This document shows, one piece after another, positions 10,221 to 20,557 of a stretch of DNA of 64,000 nucleotides. A model generated the notes under the pieces. It saw only the letters and a program-made list of their open reading frames with translations, made no database searches and had not been told where the DNA came from. The position numbers and the translations under genes were made by a program. Every line of letters starts with the position of its first letter. The first letter of the stretch is position 1. Origin of the DNA: Anthoceros angustus (lineage: Eukaryota; Plantae; Anthocerotophyta); assembly GCA_010909165.1 (NCBI GenBank), contig MU008161.1, forward strand, positions 682,001 to 746,000, read 5' to 3'.

Positions 10221-12467
10221 TCACACAATATGTGGCAGGAACCCTTGGTTCTGCATTTCGACGAAAAGCTGTTTCAGCCTTGCATATATATTTTCACTCT
10301 CTGGATGCTTCTCATCCCCAACCAGAAAACTATGCACCAGCCCATCCAAGTCTGTCCACCAGCTCTGGCCTGGCTCTTTCCACGCCCCGATTCCCAGTCT
10401 CCTCGCCTGCATCTCCTGCGCCTGTTCCCACATCTGGGTACTGGTATATATGTTCAACATCAACACATATGCTGCAGCATCTTTCTTGTCTAGCTTGACT
10501 GCTTCATCGAAAGCATGGCGCCCCACCTCCACGTTGCTCCACTTTCGACAAGCACCTAAGAGAGTGCGCCAGACTACAGCATTAGGCTGGACAGGCATAG
10601 TCTTAACTAAGCCGAGTGCCTCATCCAGTCGGCCTGCACGACCCAGGAGATCTACCATGCAGGTGTAGTGCTCCACGGTGGGAGTGAGGTTGTGCTGGCT
10701 GCTCATGGCCTCGAAGTACTCCTGGCCCTTGTTCACCAGACCTGCATGACTACAGACTGTTAGTATACTGAGGAATGTGATGCTGGCTGGCTGAATGCCA
10801 TCCTCTTGCATTCTGTGAAACAAATGAAGGACCACTGCGCTGTCTCCTTGACGGCTGTAGCCTGCAATCAAAGCATTCCAGGTGACGACGTCTCGTTCAG
10901 CCAATGCCTCAAACACCTGCTGTGCATCGACCATGCTCCCGCACTTCCCGTACATGCTTATCAAACTGATGGCGACCAGCACATCGGCTTCAAGCCCCTG
11001 GTCTTTAATCTGTGCATGAAGCTGCCTTCCCAGATGCAAAGCTGCCGTGTTTGCACATGCCTGCAGGAGGCATACAAACGTCAAGTTGTTGGGTGCAGTG
11101 ACGCCTTCTTCTTGCATTGTACTGTAAAGACGAAGTGCCTCCTGCCCCATACCCTGCTGGGCATACCCTGACATGAGAGCGGTCCATGTCACAACGTTCT
11201 TTTCACCAAGCCCATCAAACACACCCTGAGCATCCTCCAAGCTGCCATATTTGGCATACCCTGCTATCAGAGCTGTCCATGCAACGACATTTTTGTGAGC
11301 AAGTCCGTCAAACACTGTTTTGGCGGCTTCCAAGTTGCCACACTTAGCATACATGTTTACCAGGCTCCCTCCTACAACCGCATCAGCCTGAAGTCCTTGT
11401 TCTCTGATCTGCCTATGAAGCTGTTTCCCCTTCTCCAAGGCGGGGGCTCCCACACTTGCACATGCCTGCAGGAGACATACAAATGTCACAGCATCGGGTA
11501 CAGCAGCACCACCTTCTTGCATAGCAGTGTACAGATGAAGGGCTTCCAGACCCATGCTTTGCTGGGAATATCCTGCTATCAAGGCTGTCCAGGTCACGGC
11601 ATCTTTTTGACCTAGTCCGTCAAACACTCTTCGAGCACCTTCCAAGCTGCCACACTTCGCATACATGTCCACCAAGGTATTATAAACAAAGGAATCGGGC
11701 TCACCCCCGGTGGCGAGCACATCAGCATGCACCTGCTGCCCGGATTTCAGATCTCCTCCCCTTGCACAGGCTTGCAGAGCTGCTACAAACACATGGCCAT
11801 CCGGTTTCACACTCGACCTGCGCATCCGCTTATACAATTGAATCGCCCGCTTATCTTGTCCATGTTTAACATGGGCAGAAATTATGGAGGACCACATGAA
11901 AGCATCTGGCTCGGCAACCGCAGCAAACACATCCATCGCTTCCTGCAACCTGGCATGAGAAGCATACATTCGCATGATATGGTTGCACAAGAACGTATCC
12001 GACTGACATCCCTCTTTCACCGTGAGAGCATGAACACGGCGTCCCAGCACAAGATTCTTCTGAACCCAGCAACTTTTCAAGACAGCATAAAAGAGAGACT
12101 GAGAAACACGACAGTCCGTCTGCACCAGGACTGCCAGACCCTCCACAACCTCCGTAAGCTCCCCTTGCTCACACAACTGCCTCACAGCATCAGCCGTCAC
12201 ACACCTTTCGTATCCTGCAGGACCCCAACCTGGCCTGTAGCCGCTGTTCAGCCACCCGCCCACCTGGTGCTTCCGCCACCAGAGCTCCCGGCGCCCACCC
12301 AGACATGCTCCTGCGTGGTAGAAGCTCGAAGCCAAGCCAGCGGAGCTCTTCCAAAACCACCTGACATCCCACCAATTTGCCTTACCCGGGTCCAGAAAAG
12401 CTGCCCCTGCCACAAGATGATGCCCCGTGGCCCTGCATGTATGAAGTGCAACAAGCCAGGCAGCCAT
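10221..12467 (-). CDS. PLS-class PPR protein (PPR1) with E1/E2 and WW-type PG box, ending after E+ (no deaminase core)
   Basis: P-L-S triplets, HYTCMVDLLGRAG, WKEPGQSWWTD...HSFLVGD, stop after GFLPHIV. Confidence 0.93.
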   Translation of the reverse strand: MAAWLVALHTCRATGHHLVAGAAFLDPGKANWWDVRWFWKSSAGLASSFYHAGACLGGRRELWWRKHQVGGWLNSGYRPGWGPAGYERCVTADAVRQLCEQGELTEVVEGLAVLVQTDCRVSQSLFYAVLKSCWVQKNLVLGRRVHALTVKEGCQSDTFLCNHIMRMYASHARLQEAMDVFAAVAEPDAFMWSSIISAHVKHGQDKRAIQLYKRMRRSSVKPDGHVFVAALQACARGGDLKSGQQVHADVLATGGEPDSFVYNTLVDMYAKCGSLEGARRVFDGLGQKDAVTWTALIAGYSQQSMGLEALHLYTAMQEGGAAVPDAVTFVCLLQACASVGAPALEKGKQLHRQIREQGLQADAVVGGSLVNMYAKCGNLEAAKTVFDGLAHKNVVAWTALIAGYAKYGSLEDAQGVFDGLGEKNVVTWTALMSGYAQQGMGQEALRLYSTMQEEGVTAPNNLTFVCLLQACANTAALHLGRQLHAQIKDQGLEADVLVAISLISMYGKCGSMVDAQQVFEALAERDVVTWNALIAGYSRQGDSAVVLHLFHRMQEDGIQPASITFLSILTVCSHAGLVNKGQEYFEAMSSQHNLTPTVEHYTCMVDLLGRAGRLDEALGLVKTMPVQPNAVVWRTLLGACRKWSNVEVGRHAFDEAVKLDKKDAAAYVLMLNIYTSTQMWEQAQEMQARRLGIGAWKEPGQSWWTDLDGLVHSFLVGDEKHPESENIYARLKQLFVEMQNQGFLPHIV

Positions 12468-13085
12468 GGCTCAGCAGAGGCACAGGCTGAACGTACAGGG
12501 TCACCCATCAAAACAGACATCTTCTCCAGACTGGGGCCCAACTCATCACCGGCCTCCACACGTCAGAGCTTCTCTGCTGGAATACTTCACGCTGCACACA
12601 CACACACAAGCAAAGGGCCTTTGCACATCATGCAAGCCCAAGCCTTCGTCCCCGACAGGCAGACAACATGTTGCGAGTTAGAGGTTCACCCCTTCAAGAT
12701 AACCTGATGCTCCAAGGTGAGGAAACCTTTCAAGACAACCATTGTCAGCACAGCTGCAACAGCTAAAACGTCTGCCCAGTGTGTCAAGATGTGACGTAGC
12801 GTTTCCTGGATGCCATCGCAGACCTCACGTCACACGACATGTACATAGACCACATACATGATCCCAACAAGAGATGTACATATAATATATGACAGGCACG
12901 TGTACGCGACAGTCGTTCTTGGACGGCAGTCTGGAGTCCGGTTGGACACTTCGGCCTCGTGGGCCTGTAGAAGCAGACAACTGAAGGACAAAGGGTGGCG
13001 TGGGCCATCGGGTACAGCATGGAACCACGTTCTTTGGCCGGGCCCCTTCCGAGCCAGCCCACGTTCAACTCCAACCACCGCTAGA

Positions 13086-13312
13086 CCTCGTGTCCTCGTG
13101 TCCTCGTGTCGGCACCGGCTCACAGTGATGTCATGCGCTGGATTATCTGGCATACATACATACGCACATACATGCATGCATACATAAAGGCCATCGCCGG
13201 TGACCGGTGACTGGTGACCGGTGACGGGAAGCCGTCTCCTGGCTCCTGGCGCCTGGCTCCTGGCTCCTGGCTCGTGCGAAGCTCTCTCTCCCCATGCCCC
13301 ATGCCCCATGCC
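13086..13312. repeat. Cluster of short tandem repeats in the PPR1/CID divergent intergenic region
   Basis: (CCTCGTGT)x3 at 13086-13109, (CATA)n at about 13151-13186, (CCGGTGA)x4 at 13197-13224, (CTCCTGG)x5 at 13236-13273, (CCCCATG)x3 at 13290-13312. Confidence 0.85.
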
Positions 13313-14057
13313 AAGCACGGCGCACGGCCCTGCTAGCTGTGAGAGCGGCGAAACGAAACCTAGGGCGAAACTTGGGAGGGCTAATTTCTTTCTACCACCA
13401 CCTGGTCGCTGCTGCGATTGTGGGAGTGCGTCCAGCTGGAACGAGCGTGTCAGCTGGCATTAAAAGTGTACAGGAGAATGCGGGAAAAGTGGGGCGCCGG
13501 CGAAACCCCGCTCGAGCCCAGGCGCCCAGACGGGAGTGGAATGAAGAGAGCTCGCTGCTAAAGAAACACTGGCAGCGCGGCAGGCAACGCAGCAGGCAAG
13601 AGCTCCTCTCGGCTCGGCTCGGCTCGGCTCGGCTCGTCTGGTCCAGTCCGATCGAGGAGGAGGGAGGCGCAACAGGAAGCAGTCCGGCGGAGCGTGCTGC
13701 GTGCTGCGTGCGGCGTGCTGTTGTTGCCCTGCCCGCGCAGCTGCCGGATCGGCACGCTGCGCATTCCGTCCGGGGCCGAGAGCGGATCGGGGCCGGGGCG
13801 GATCGGGGCCGGCCATGGTTGCTAGCAGCAGTGGGGAGCCGGCGGGAGGGAGGGTGGGGGAAGGAGCGGGAGCGGAGCGGCCCGGAGAGCCCGCCCGGAG
13901 CGCTGTTAATTGCGTTGCGGCAGCGGGGGCATTGCCCGGGGTATGCACAGCCGGGGCGCGCTGCGGGAGCGCAGCACGATCGGGATGTGGCGGGGCAGCC
14001 GCGGCCGAATGGGAGCGTAGCCGGTGCCGGATCTGGAGCTTGAGGAGGGGCGGGGAC

Positions 14058-16397
14058 ATGATGGCTGTGGCGGACAATGCGGGTGTGGACAGCATTACTA
14101 TCGGCCTCATGAACATGGGCATGGGCATGGGGCTCGCCGTGCCGATGTCGCGCAACTACGCCCCGGATCAGGCCTCGCCTCAAGACCAGCATCAGCATCA
14201 GCAGCAGCAGCACTTCCAGAAGCAGCAGCAGCAGCAGCATCGCCTGCAGCTGCAGCTGCAACATCATCAGCAGCTGCAGCAGCAACAGGCGCTGCACCAG
14301 CACCAGCAGCAGGTGGTGCAGCATCATCATCATCAGCAGCAGCAGCAGCATCAGCAGCAGCATCAGCAGCAGCATCAGCAGCAGCAGCAGCAGCATCAGC
14401 AGCATCAGCTTCAGCTTCAGCAGCAGCAGTCGCAGCCGAAGCAGGTGGCGTCGCTGGCCAGTCAGAAGCAGCTTCCGCCGCGGGCCAACGGGGTTGTCAA
14501 TCACGCCAATGACGAATCCGCGGGCTTGGATGCGCACAGCACTGTCAGTAACGACAGTATGCGAGAACTGGAAGATCTGCTAACCAAGCTCAATCCTTTG
14601 GCCAAGGAGTTCGTGCCTCCGTCTTCTCAGTCCCCCGATGCCGGACCTGCAGCGCTTGCAGCTTCTGCGTCCAAGGGCCATTCGCGCAGGGTACAGCTCC
14701 GTCTTATTGCTACTGCCGAGCCTCCCAGCTGTGTGTCAAGCTTCTTTCCATCGCTTCCTCCATCATCCGGTACTATCTGTCTCTGTCTGTGCCTGTGAAG
14801 AAAAACGGCTACAACCTAGGGAAGAGACGAGTGAACAGTCGAACGAGTCGGGCGCAGCGGGAAGATAGTATTAGGAGGACCGTGTACGTCTCGGATATAG
14901 ATCAACAGGTAGTAGTTTGATGCCGCATTGTGCCGCCTCTCTCACAAATCATCTCCTTGTTGCTCAATCTGCATATGCTTTCCTCCTCTATGCTTTTGGT
15001 TGACAGAGATAGGCTGTTGCATTTGTACGCTGGCAGGGGAGTAAGCGGATGCCAACATGACTTTCTTCGGACGGTTGTGCAGGTGACAGAGGAACAACTG
15101 GCTGCCTTGTTTGTTACGTGTGGCCAGGTATCATCATTTTGTCTGCTTGCATCCCTCAATGGCCACGGAAATATGTGGGACAAGTACATCTCATCTTCTG
15201 CTTCACACAGGTGGTGGACTGCCGAGTGTGTGGAGATCCAAATTCGGTCCTCCGCTTTGCTTTTGTTGAATTCACGGATGAAGGCAAGTATTTGTCTAGT
15301 GCTGTAAAGCCACTGTGATTTGTGGTGTTTCAAACATTTCTCCTAAGTCTTTCATGGAAGCACTTTCAGTCTCAGTTGCTTCCAATTACGTATTTTGCGC
15401 TGACCTCGTGCTTGCTGGTGATTACCAGACGGTGCTCGTGCAGCATTAGGTCTTGCAGGAACAATGCTAGGCTACTACCCTGTCCGGGTTTTGCCGTCCA
15501 AGACGGCTATTGTGCCAGTAAATCCTACATTTCTGCCTCGGGTATACCTCTGCGTTTTCCTGTTCCTGTTTTCCAAGAGATGAAAATCTGTAAAGACAGG
15601 TCATGTCTGCGTGCCCGCCTGCCAGGCTCCTTCACCCTTGGGAGTAGCTGAACAGATGTGGTCTGTGCTTTCGTTTGTCATGCAAGGCATCATGTTCTTC
15701 ACTTCAGTTTAATGTGTTTTGTTTGCTGGCAGTCAGAAGACGAGAGGGAGATGTGTGCACGAACCATTTATTGCACGAATATAGACAAGAAGGTCATACA
15801 TTCTCTTGTCGCAATGCTTTTCTGCTGGACAGTTAGATTAGGATGTCTTGTAGAGTCACGCTGTCTTTGAGGCACTTGCTTCAATTGGGCTCGTGTTTTA
15901 CAGGTGTCTCAGGCGGACGTGAAGCTCTTCTTTGAGTCTTTGTGTGGTGAGGTATGACTTAGTTCTGGGTGCTAGTAAACTATGCTCTCAGTACTGTGTT
16001 TCTTCTTTTTGGCGTACGCTTGAAATTGTGCTTCTGTCTTGCTCAATTCTCAGGTCGCTCGGCTGAGATTATTGGGAGATTTTCATCACTCTACACGTAT
16101 AGCATTTGTGGAATTTGTGATGGTAGGTGGCCGACCTGTGTTCATTTGCATGTGCCATGTGCGGATGGGCAACTCACGGAGTTGTGTTGTTGGCAGGCTG
16201 AAAGTGCGATGAATGCACTAAATTGCAGTGGCGCTATCTTGGGATCTCTCCCCATCAGGTTCAACTTCTGTCCTCCAACTTCTTGCCATCATCTACGCAC
16301 GCCCATTCCGCGGCCTTACATTCCAGCCTTGTCTCGCAGGGTTAGCCCATCGAAGACGCCCGTAAGACCCCGATCTCCTCGGCCTCCACCACATTGA
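14058..16397 (+). CDS. PABP-interacting protein (CID8-13 type: PAM2 plus 2 RRM) with poly-Q/H tract, multi-exon
   Basis: LNPLAKEFVP PAM2, RTVYVSDIDQQ, VDCRVCGDPNSVLRFAFVEF, RTIYCTNIDKK and C-terminal VSPSKTPVRPR. Confidence 0.92.
14186..14430 (+). repeat. (CAG/CAT)n poly-Q/H coding repeat
   Basis: Visible CAG/CAT run translating to a Q/H-rich tract. Confidence 0.9.
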
Positions 16398-16679
16398 TTC
16401 TGCAATGGTGGGTGCCAACGCATCATTATTTTCTGCCCTTTGGAGTGGTCATATGGCAGATGCCCTGCTCAAGTCTGAAGGACCCGGTCAGACTTCTGTT
16501 TATCAGATACTGGCGCTGACATCAGCCATGTGGCTGTACGGATCCCCGAATGAAACTGCAGGGTCTAGGCTTATGATACGTAATCTAGCCTAAACCAGTT
16601 ACAGAGTAGCAATTTCCTGCATCTCGTTTTTTTAATACATTGCTAGAAGTCAGAAACATTCAATTGACATGAAATCGTC

Positions 16680-17110
16680 CACAACCAGTTTTCATCCTCT
16701 ACCTTAGCCAAAACAAGGTTAGATGAGGAGAACCCGCAGGCACAAAAATTTTGTCAGGTTGTCACTGTGGGCCGTAGGAAGGCAGCGTCAGCTTAACGTG
16801 TGATCATCCAAGGTGATCCACGCTGTAAAGACAGGAGAATTTTTTGTCAGCGCAGATACACTAAATGCCGAGCGTGTGTGAAGCCATCCTTGCGTTTACT
16901 CAAATTCGATCAAACTCTAGGGTCCTAGGCCATGTTGTTCAAGAAACCACTACCGTCGTTGGAGAATGCAGCCGTACTCTAAAGCTCGCTCAAACCCCTT
17001 GTCCACATTTGCGGTTTTTCATCTGCTTGAGTTGCTTTCTGTCGAAGCACCTGTGCAGCTGCCGTTGCAGCCCTCTGCATCAACTGATGCGTGTAATGGA
17101 TGGAGTGATT
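16680..17110 (-). pseudogene. Decayed duplicate of the ValRS last exon and 3' flank
   Basis: Aligns by eye with about 20850-21180 (aagctcgctcaaacccctt vs aagctcgctcagacgcctt). Translates LMQRA...QKATQADEK...LSEL* versus FMRKA...QKATEAEEK...LSELQ. Confidence 0.7.
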
Positions 17111-17331
17111 GCTGGCTCAGTGTCGATGGTAGTTGGTGCGAGGAGGAAGACACTATAGTTAGAAACTGGCCTTCCATAACATGCCGAACACGATGTATGG
17201 CACTGCTAGGACAACCGTCGTTGAAATCGCAAATCGAAGTTTCTTTCTTTCTTTGATACCCTAGTCCGTAATTATGTTGAATTCCTTGAATTAAATAGTA
17301 TTATTTTAGTTTCATTCCCCGTGGACATCTT

Positions 17332-17405
17332 GGCCCATTAGCTCAGTTGGTTAGAGCGTCGTGCTAATAACGCGAAGGTCGCAGGTTCGAAACCTGCATG
17401 GGCCA
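17332..17405 (+). tRNA. tRNA-Ile(AAT)
   Basis: GGCCCAT...ATGGGCCA, 74 nt. A box TAGCTCAGTTGG, anticodon loop CT-AAT-AA, B box GGTTCGAAACC. Confidence 0.96.
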
Positions 17406-17880
17406 ATCGAGGATGGGATAACCTGGTTGATTATTTTGGAAATAGAGTTCGTGGCCAATCGAGAACGGGAGAACGGGATAACCTGGTTGATTATTTTGGA
17501 AATAGAGTTCGTGGCCAATCGAGATTATTTTGGAAATAGAGTTCGTGGCCAATCGAGAACGGGAGAACGGGATAACCTGGTTGATTATTTTGGAAATAGA
17601 GTTCGTGGCCAATCGAGAACGGGAGTTTAACCTGGTTGATTATTTTGGAAATAGAGTTCGTGGCCAATCGAGAACGGGAGTTCGTGGCCAATCGAGAACG
17701 GGATAGCCTGGTTGATTATTTTGGAAATAGAGTTCGTGGCCAATCGAGAACGGGAGTTTAACCTGGTTGATTATTTTGGAAATAGAGTTCGTGGCCAATC
17801 GAGAACGGGAGTTCGTGGCCAATCGAGAACGGGATAGCCTGGTTGATTATTTTGGATATTTTGGAAATAGAGTTTGTGGC
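17401..17880 (+). repeat. Irregular tandem array (about 52-bp core) built from the tRNA-Ile 3' end and trailer
   Basis: 10 copies of GGCCAATCGAG, 8 copies of TATTTTGGAAATAGAGTT, and a 131-bp higher-order duplication. Confidence 0.93.
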
Positions 17881-18495
17881 TTGAGTGCTTTGCAAGACAG
17901 CTCCATGCACAGGCATGTTTAGAAGAGCAGCTTATTAAGAGCATGTTAAGCATGCAAATAATAGCGTAAAGCTTAAGTAAGTAGTTACTAAGATTATAGC
18001 TAGTAGGGCTTGAGTATAAAAGGAGACCTAGCCCTAGGCTAAAGACAGTTCAGTATCCTCAAAAAGCCTTGAGAGCACTTGTTGCTTGGGCTGTGAGCAC
18101 CCAAGGTATCTTCAAAAAGCCTTGAGAGCACTTGTTGCTTGGGCTGTGAGCACCCAAGGGGAGTGCTGTGAAGGAGCTTTGTGGAGGAGGTCAAGTGAAG
18201 GGAGAACTAAGCTCCTAGCTTAGGCAAAGATGGGGAGTTCTCTCTAGCCCTCCAACTCTTTATGTTCTTGTTAACTCGTGGTTTGAGAATAAAGAGCAGC
18301 GGCAAGGGTGCTGTCTGCGAGTCCTCCTAGAAGAGGAGGGCGGGCTACTTGGAGGCCTAGTGCTGTGTCTGATGCTCATTTATTACTTTGGTTTTGCTTC
18401 TAATCAAGTGGTTTTCCCACCCGTTGAAAAGGGGTGTTACTGTCTCAGACGTGAGCAGAAAGACAGTTGAGGCATCCTTAACTAGTACGCTAGTG

Positions 18496-19592
18496 GAGAT
18501 GGCGGATCCTGCTGAGCCAAGTAGATTGGAAAGGGTACGCCGCCGGAAGGATAAGGCCCCGCTTGCCGGAGCCGCTGTAGAAGAGCCACAGGCGAGTCCA
18601 CAAGTTGTGAGAACAGCGAAGGAAGAAACTTCGGAGCAGAGGACCGGCACCACCATAGAGGACCAGCTCCAAAAGATCATGATGAGACTTGATGCCATGG
18701 ATCAGGAGATTAAAGGCAGGCGAAAGCTCGTTAAAGAAGAGCCAGAAGAAGTGGAGCCTGAGCCTAAGAGAAGTACCGCCAAAAAGTCTAAGAAGTTGAG
18801 GTTGAGCATACAGGCCCCAAAGACTTACAAAGGCGAGCGTGACGTAGAGAAAATCAATTCTTGGTTTTTCTCTTTGGAAGCGTACCTCGAATCATGCGGA
18901 GTGCCGCAAAATGAGTACCTGAAGCACGTCACGAATTTCTTAGATGATTATGCTCTTACTTGGTGGAGGACTTACGTTGAGAGCGTAAGGCAAGGCAATC
19001 GAAGAGCAATAATCATCACATGGGCAGACTTCAAGCAAGCGCTGCAACTCCGTTTCCAACCCGCTAATGCAGCGAGTTTGGCGCGAAGGATGCTCGACAA
19101 TGTCAAGCATACTGGAACTTTGCGGGAGTATGTGAGTGAGTTTAGTTCTGTTGTCTTGCAATGTCCAGAGATGCATGAGCATGACAAACTCCACAAGTTT
19201 ATCACTGGCCTTAAGAGATGGGCTCAAAATAGGACAGCTTTGACTAATCCTCAAACGCTGCAAGAGGCCATGGCAGCAGCAGATGCCATACCGGATATGT
19301 TTATTCAGGAGGCACCGTATCAAGAGGAAGATATCCTAGGTCTGTGGTAGATCTAGAGGGAGAGGACGAGCTACCACCAGTGAATAGTGGAACCAATGAG
19401 ACTCGGCGAGGCCGAGCTAGAGGAGATAGGGTCGTGAAGAAGACAAACAAAGTGCCTAGCTGTGTGTGCTATGGAGAACAGGGACACTTTGCTAGGAATT
19501 GTCCACATGTTGGAACTCCCAACTTGAATTTGGTTGCCAATCCACCTGCTCCAAGAGCCAGGATCCAAGAACTTCCTGAGGAGCCCAGGTGA
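18496..19592 (+). pseudogene. gag: Retrotransposon gag (frameshift near 19330, degenerate zinc knuckle)
   Basis: APKTYKGERD, TWADFKQALQLRFQP, KHTGTLREYVSEFSS...DKLHKFITGLKRWAQ, CYGEQGHFARNCP. Confidence 0.85.
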
Positions 19593-20231
19593 CGCCGGGG
19601 GCCACATGTTGTGAAGACATGTGGTGAGTCATCTAGTGTCAAGGATGATACTATTTTGAAGAAAGGTGGAGACCTCATGTATATATGTGGGAAGATGAAT
19701 GGCTTAGATGTAGAGTTGTTGTTGGATTCTGCAGCCACCCACAATTTTATAACTCCTAGTAAGGCAAGAGAGCTTGGTCTTGAATGGGCTGAAGCTTCCA
19801 CGCCATATGGAATCAAGCAAGCTACAGGGACTCTGCAATTTCTGGGCAAATTGCATGGAGTAAAGCTGCAAGTTGAAGCGTGGCAAGGAAATGTGAGTTT
19901 CACTGTCGTCGAGATGGACGACCATGATATCATCTTAGGCCTGGAGTGGATGAGATCCAATGAAGTGTACATGGATGTTAAGTCACGCACTATTGAGATA
20001 TCCAAGAAGCACAAGGTGAGTTGTGCTAGTGTTAGCCAGAAGCTTGAGACTCCATCAGTACAGCTGATTTCAAAAAGAGAGCTTAAGAAGGATCTCAGGA
20101 AAAAGAAGCAGCTATACTTAGTTGTACTCCAAGGATTAGAGGATGGTCTGGAAGAAGATTCCACAAAGACGAAAGACATCCCAAAAGAAGTACAAGTTGT
20201 ATTGGATGAGTTCAAGGATTTGATGCCTTGA
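19593..20231 (+). pseudogene. pol: Retropepsin region of pol, truncated before RT
   Basis: LLDSAATHNFI, DIILGLEWM; ends at DEFKDLMP*. Confidence 0.85.
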
Positions 20232-20237
20232 CATAAT

Positions 20238-20557
20238 CTAATGTATCCTGATCATTCCTTGCCAGTAAAATAGCTTCTTCAACTTCTCATAAGTTGAATC
20301 ACCTCCACAGTGACCAGCACTTGGCACATCATGACATTCAGCAAGTAACTTCTTCTTCAAGCCTACAGAGTTAGGAATCACAACTCTCTTCTGTTTGTAT
20401 ATCAACAAACCATCTTTGAGTTTAAACTTGCTTCTTTTCTCTGCCACCCCATTCATCCAGTCCTGTACTTTAAGATCTTGCAGATAAGCTTCCTTAATCT
20501 CTTTGTGAGTATCCACAGTCTCAATCACAGTTGCCATTGCCTTCAGTCCTTGACTCT
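20238..20557 (-). pseudogene. Inverted fragment of the integrase zinc-binding region
   Basis: KDGLLIYKQKRVVIP...LLAECHDVPSAGHCGGDSTYEKLKKLFYWQGM. Confidence 0.8.

Noticed and set aside
13701-14057. N-terminal extension of the CID ORF
   Set aside because: Non-ATG start in a GC-rich 5' UTR; MMAVAD at 14058 fits the family N-terminus.
17401-17880. CRISPR-like array
   Set aside because: The inter-repeat sequences are themselves repeated, there are no cas genes, and the context is eukaryotic.
17364-17953. ELYFQ peptide resembling a TEV site (vector contamination)
   Set aside because: Chance translation of the repeat; it is not ENLYFQG/S and no vector parts are present.
18440-18456. Tf1-style self-priming PBS (ACTGTCT pairing with AGACAGT at 18043-18049)
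   Set aside because: Only 7 bp pair. TGTCTCAGAC is equally well explained as a decayed tRNA-iMet PBS (TGGTATCAGAGC). No tRNA-Ile PBS is present.
19590-19592. Programmed gag-pol stop-codon readthrough
   Set aside because: The element is degenerate, so a CGA-to-TGA mutation is equally likely; this needs intact copies to judge.
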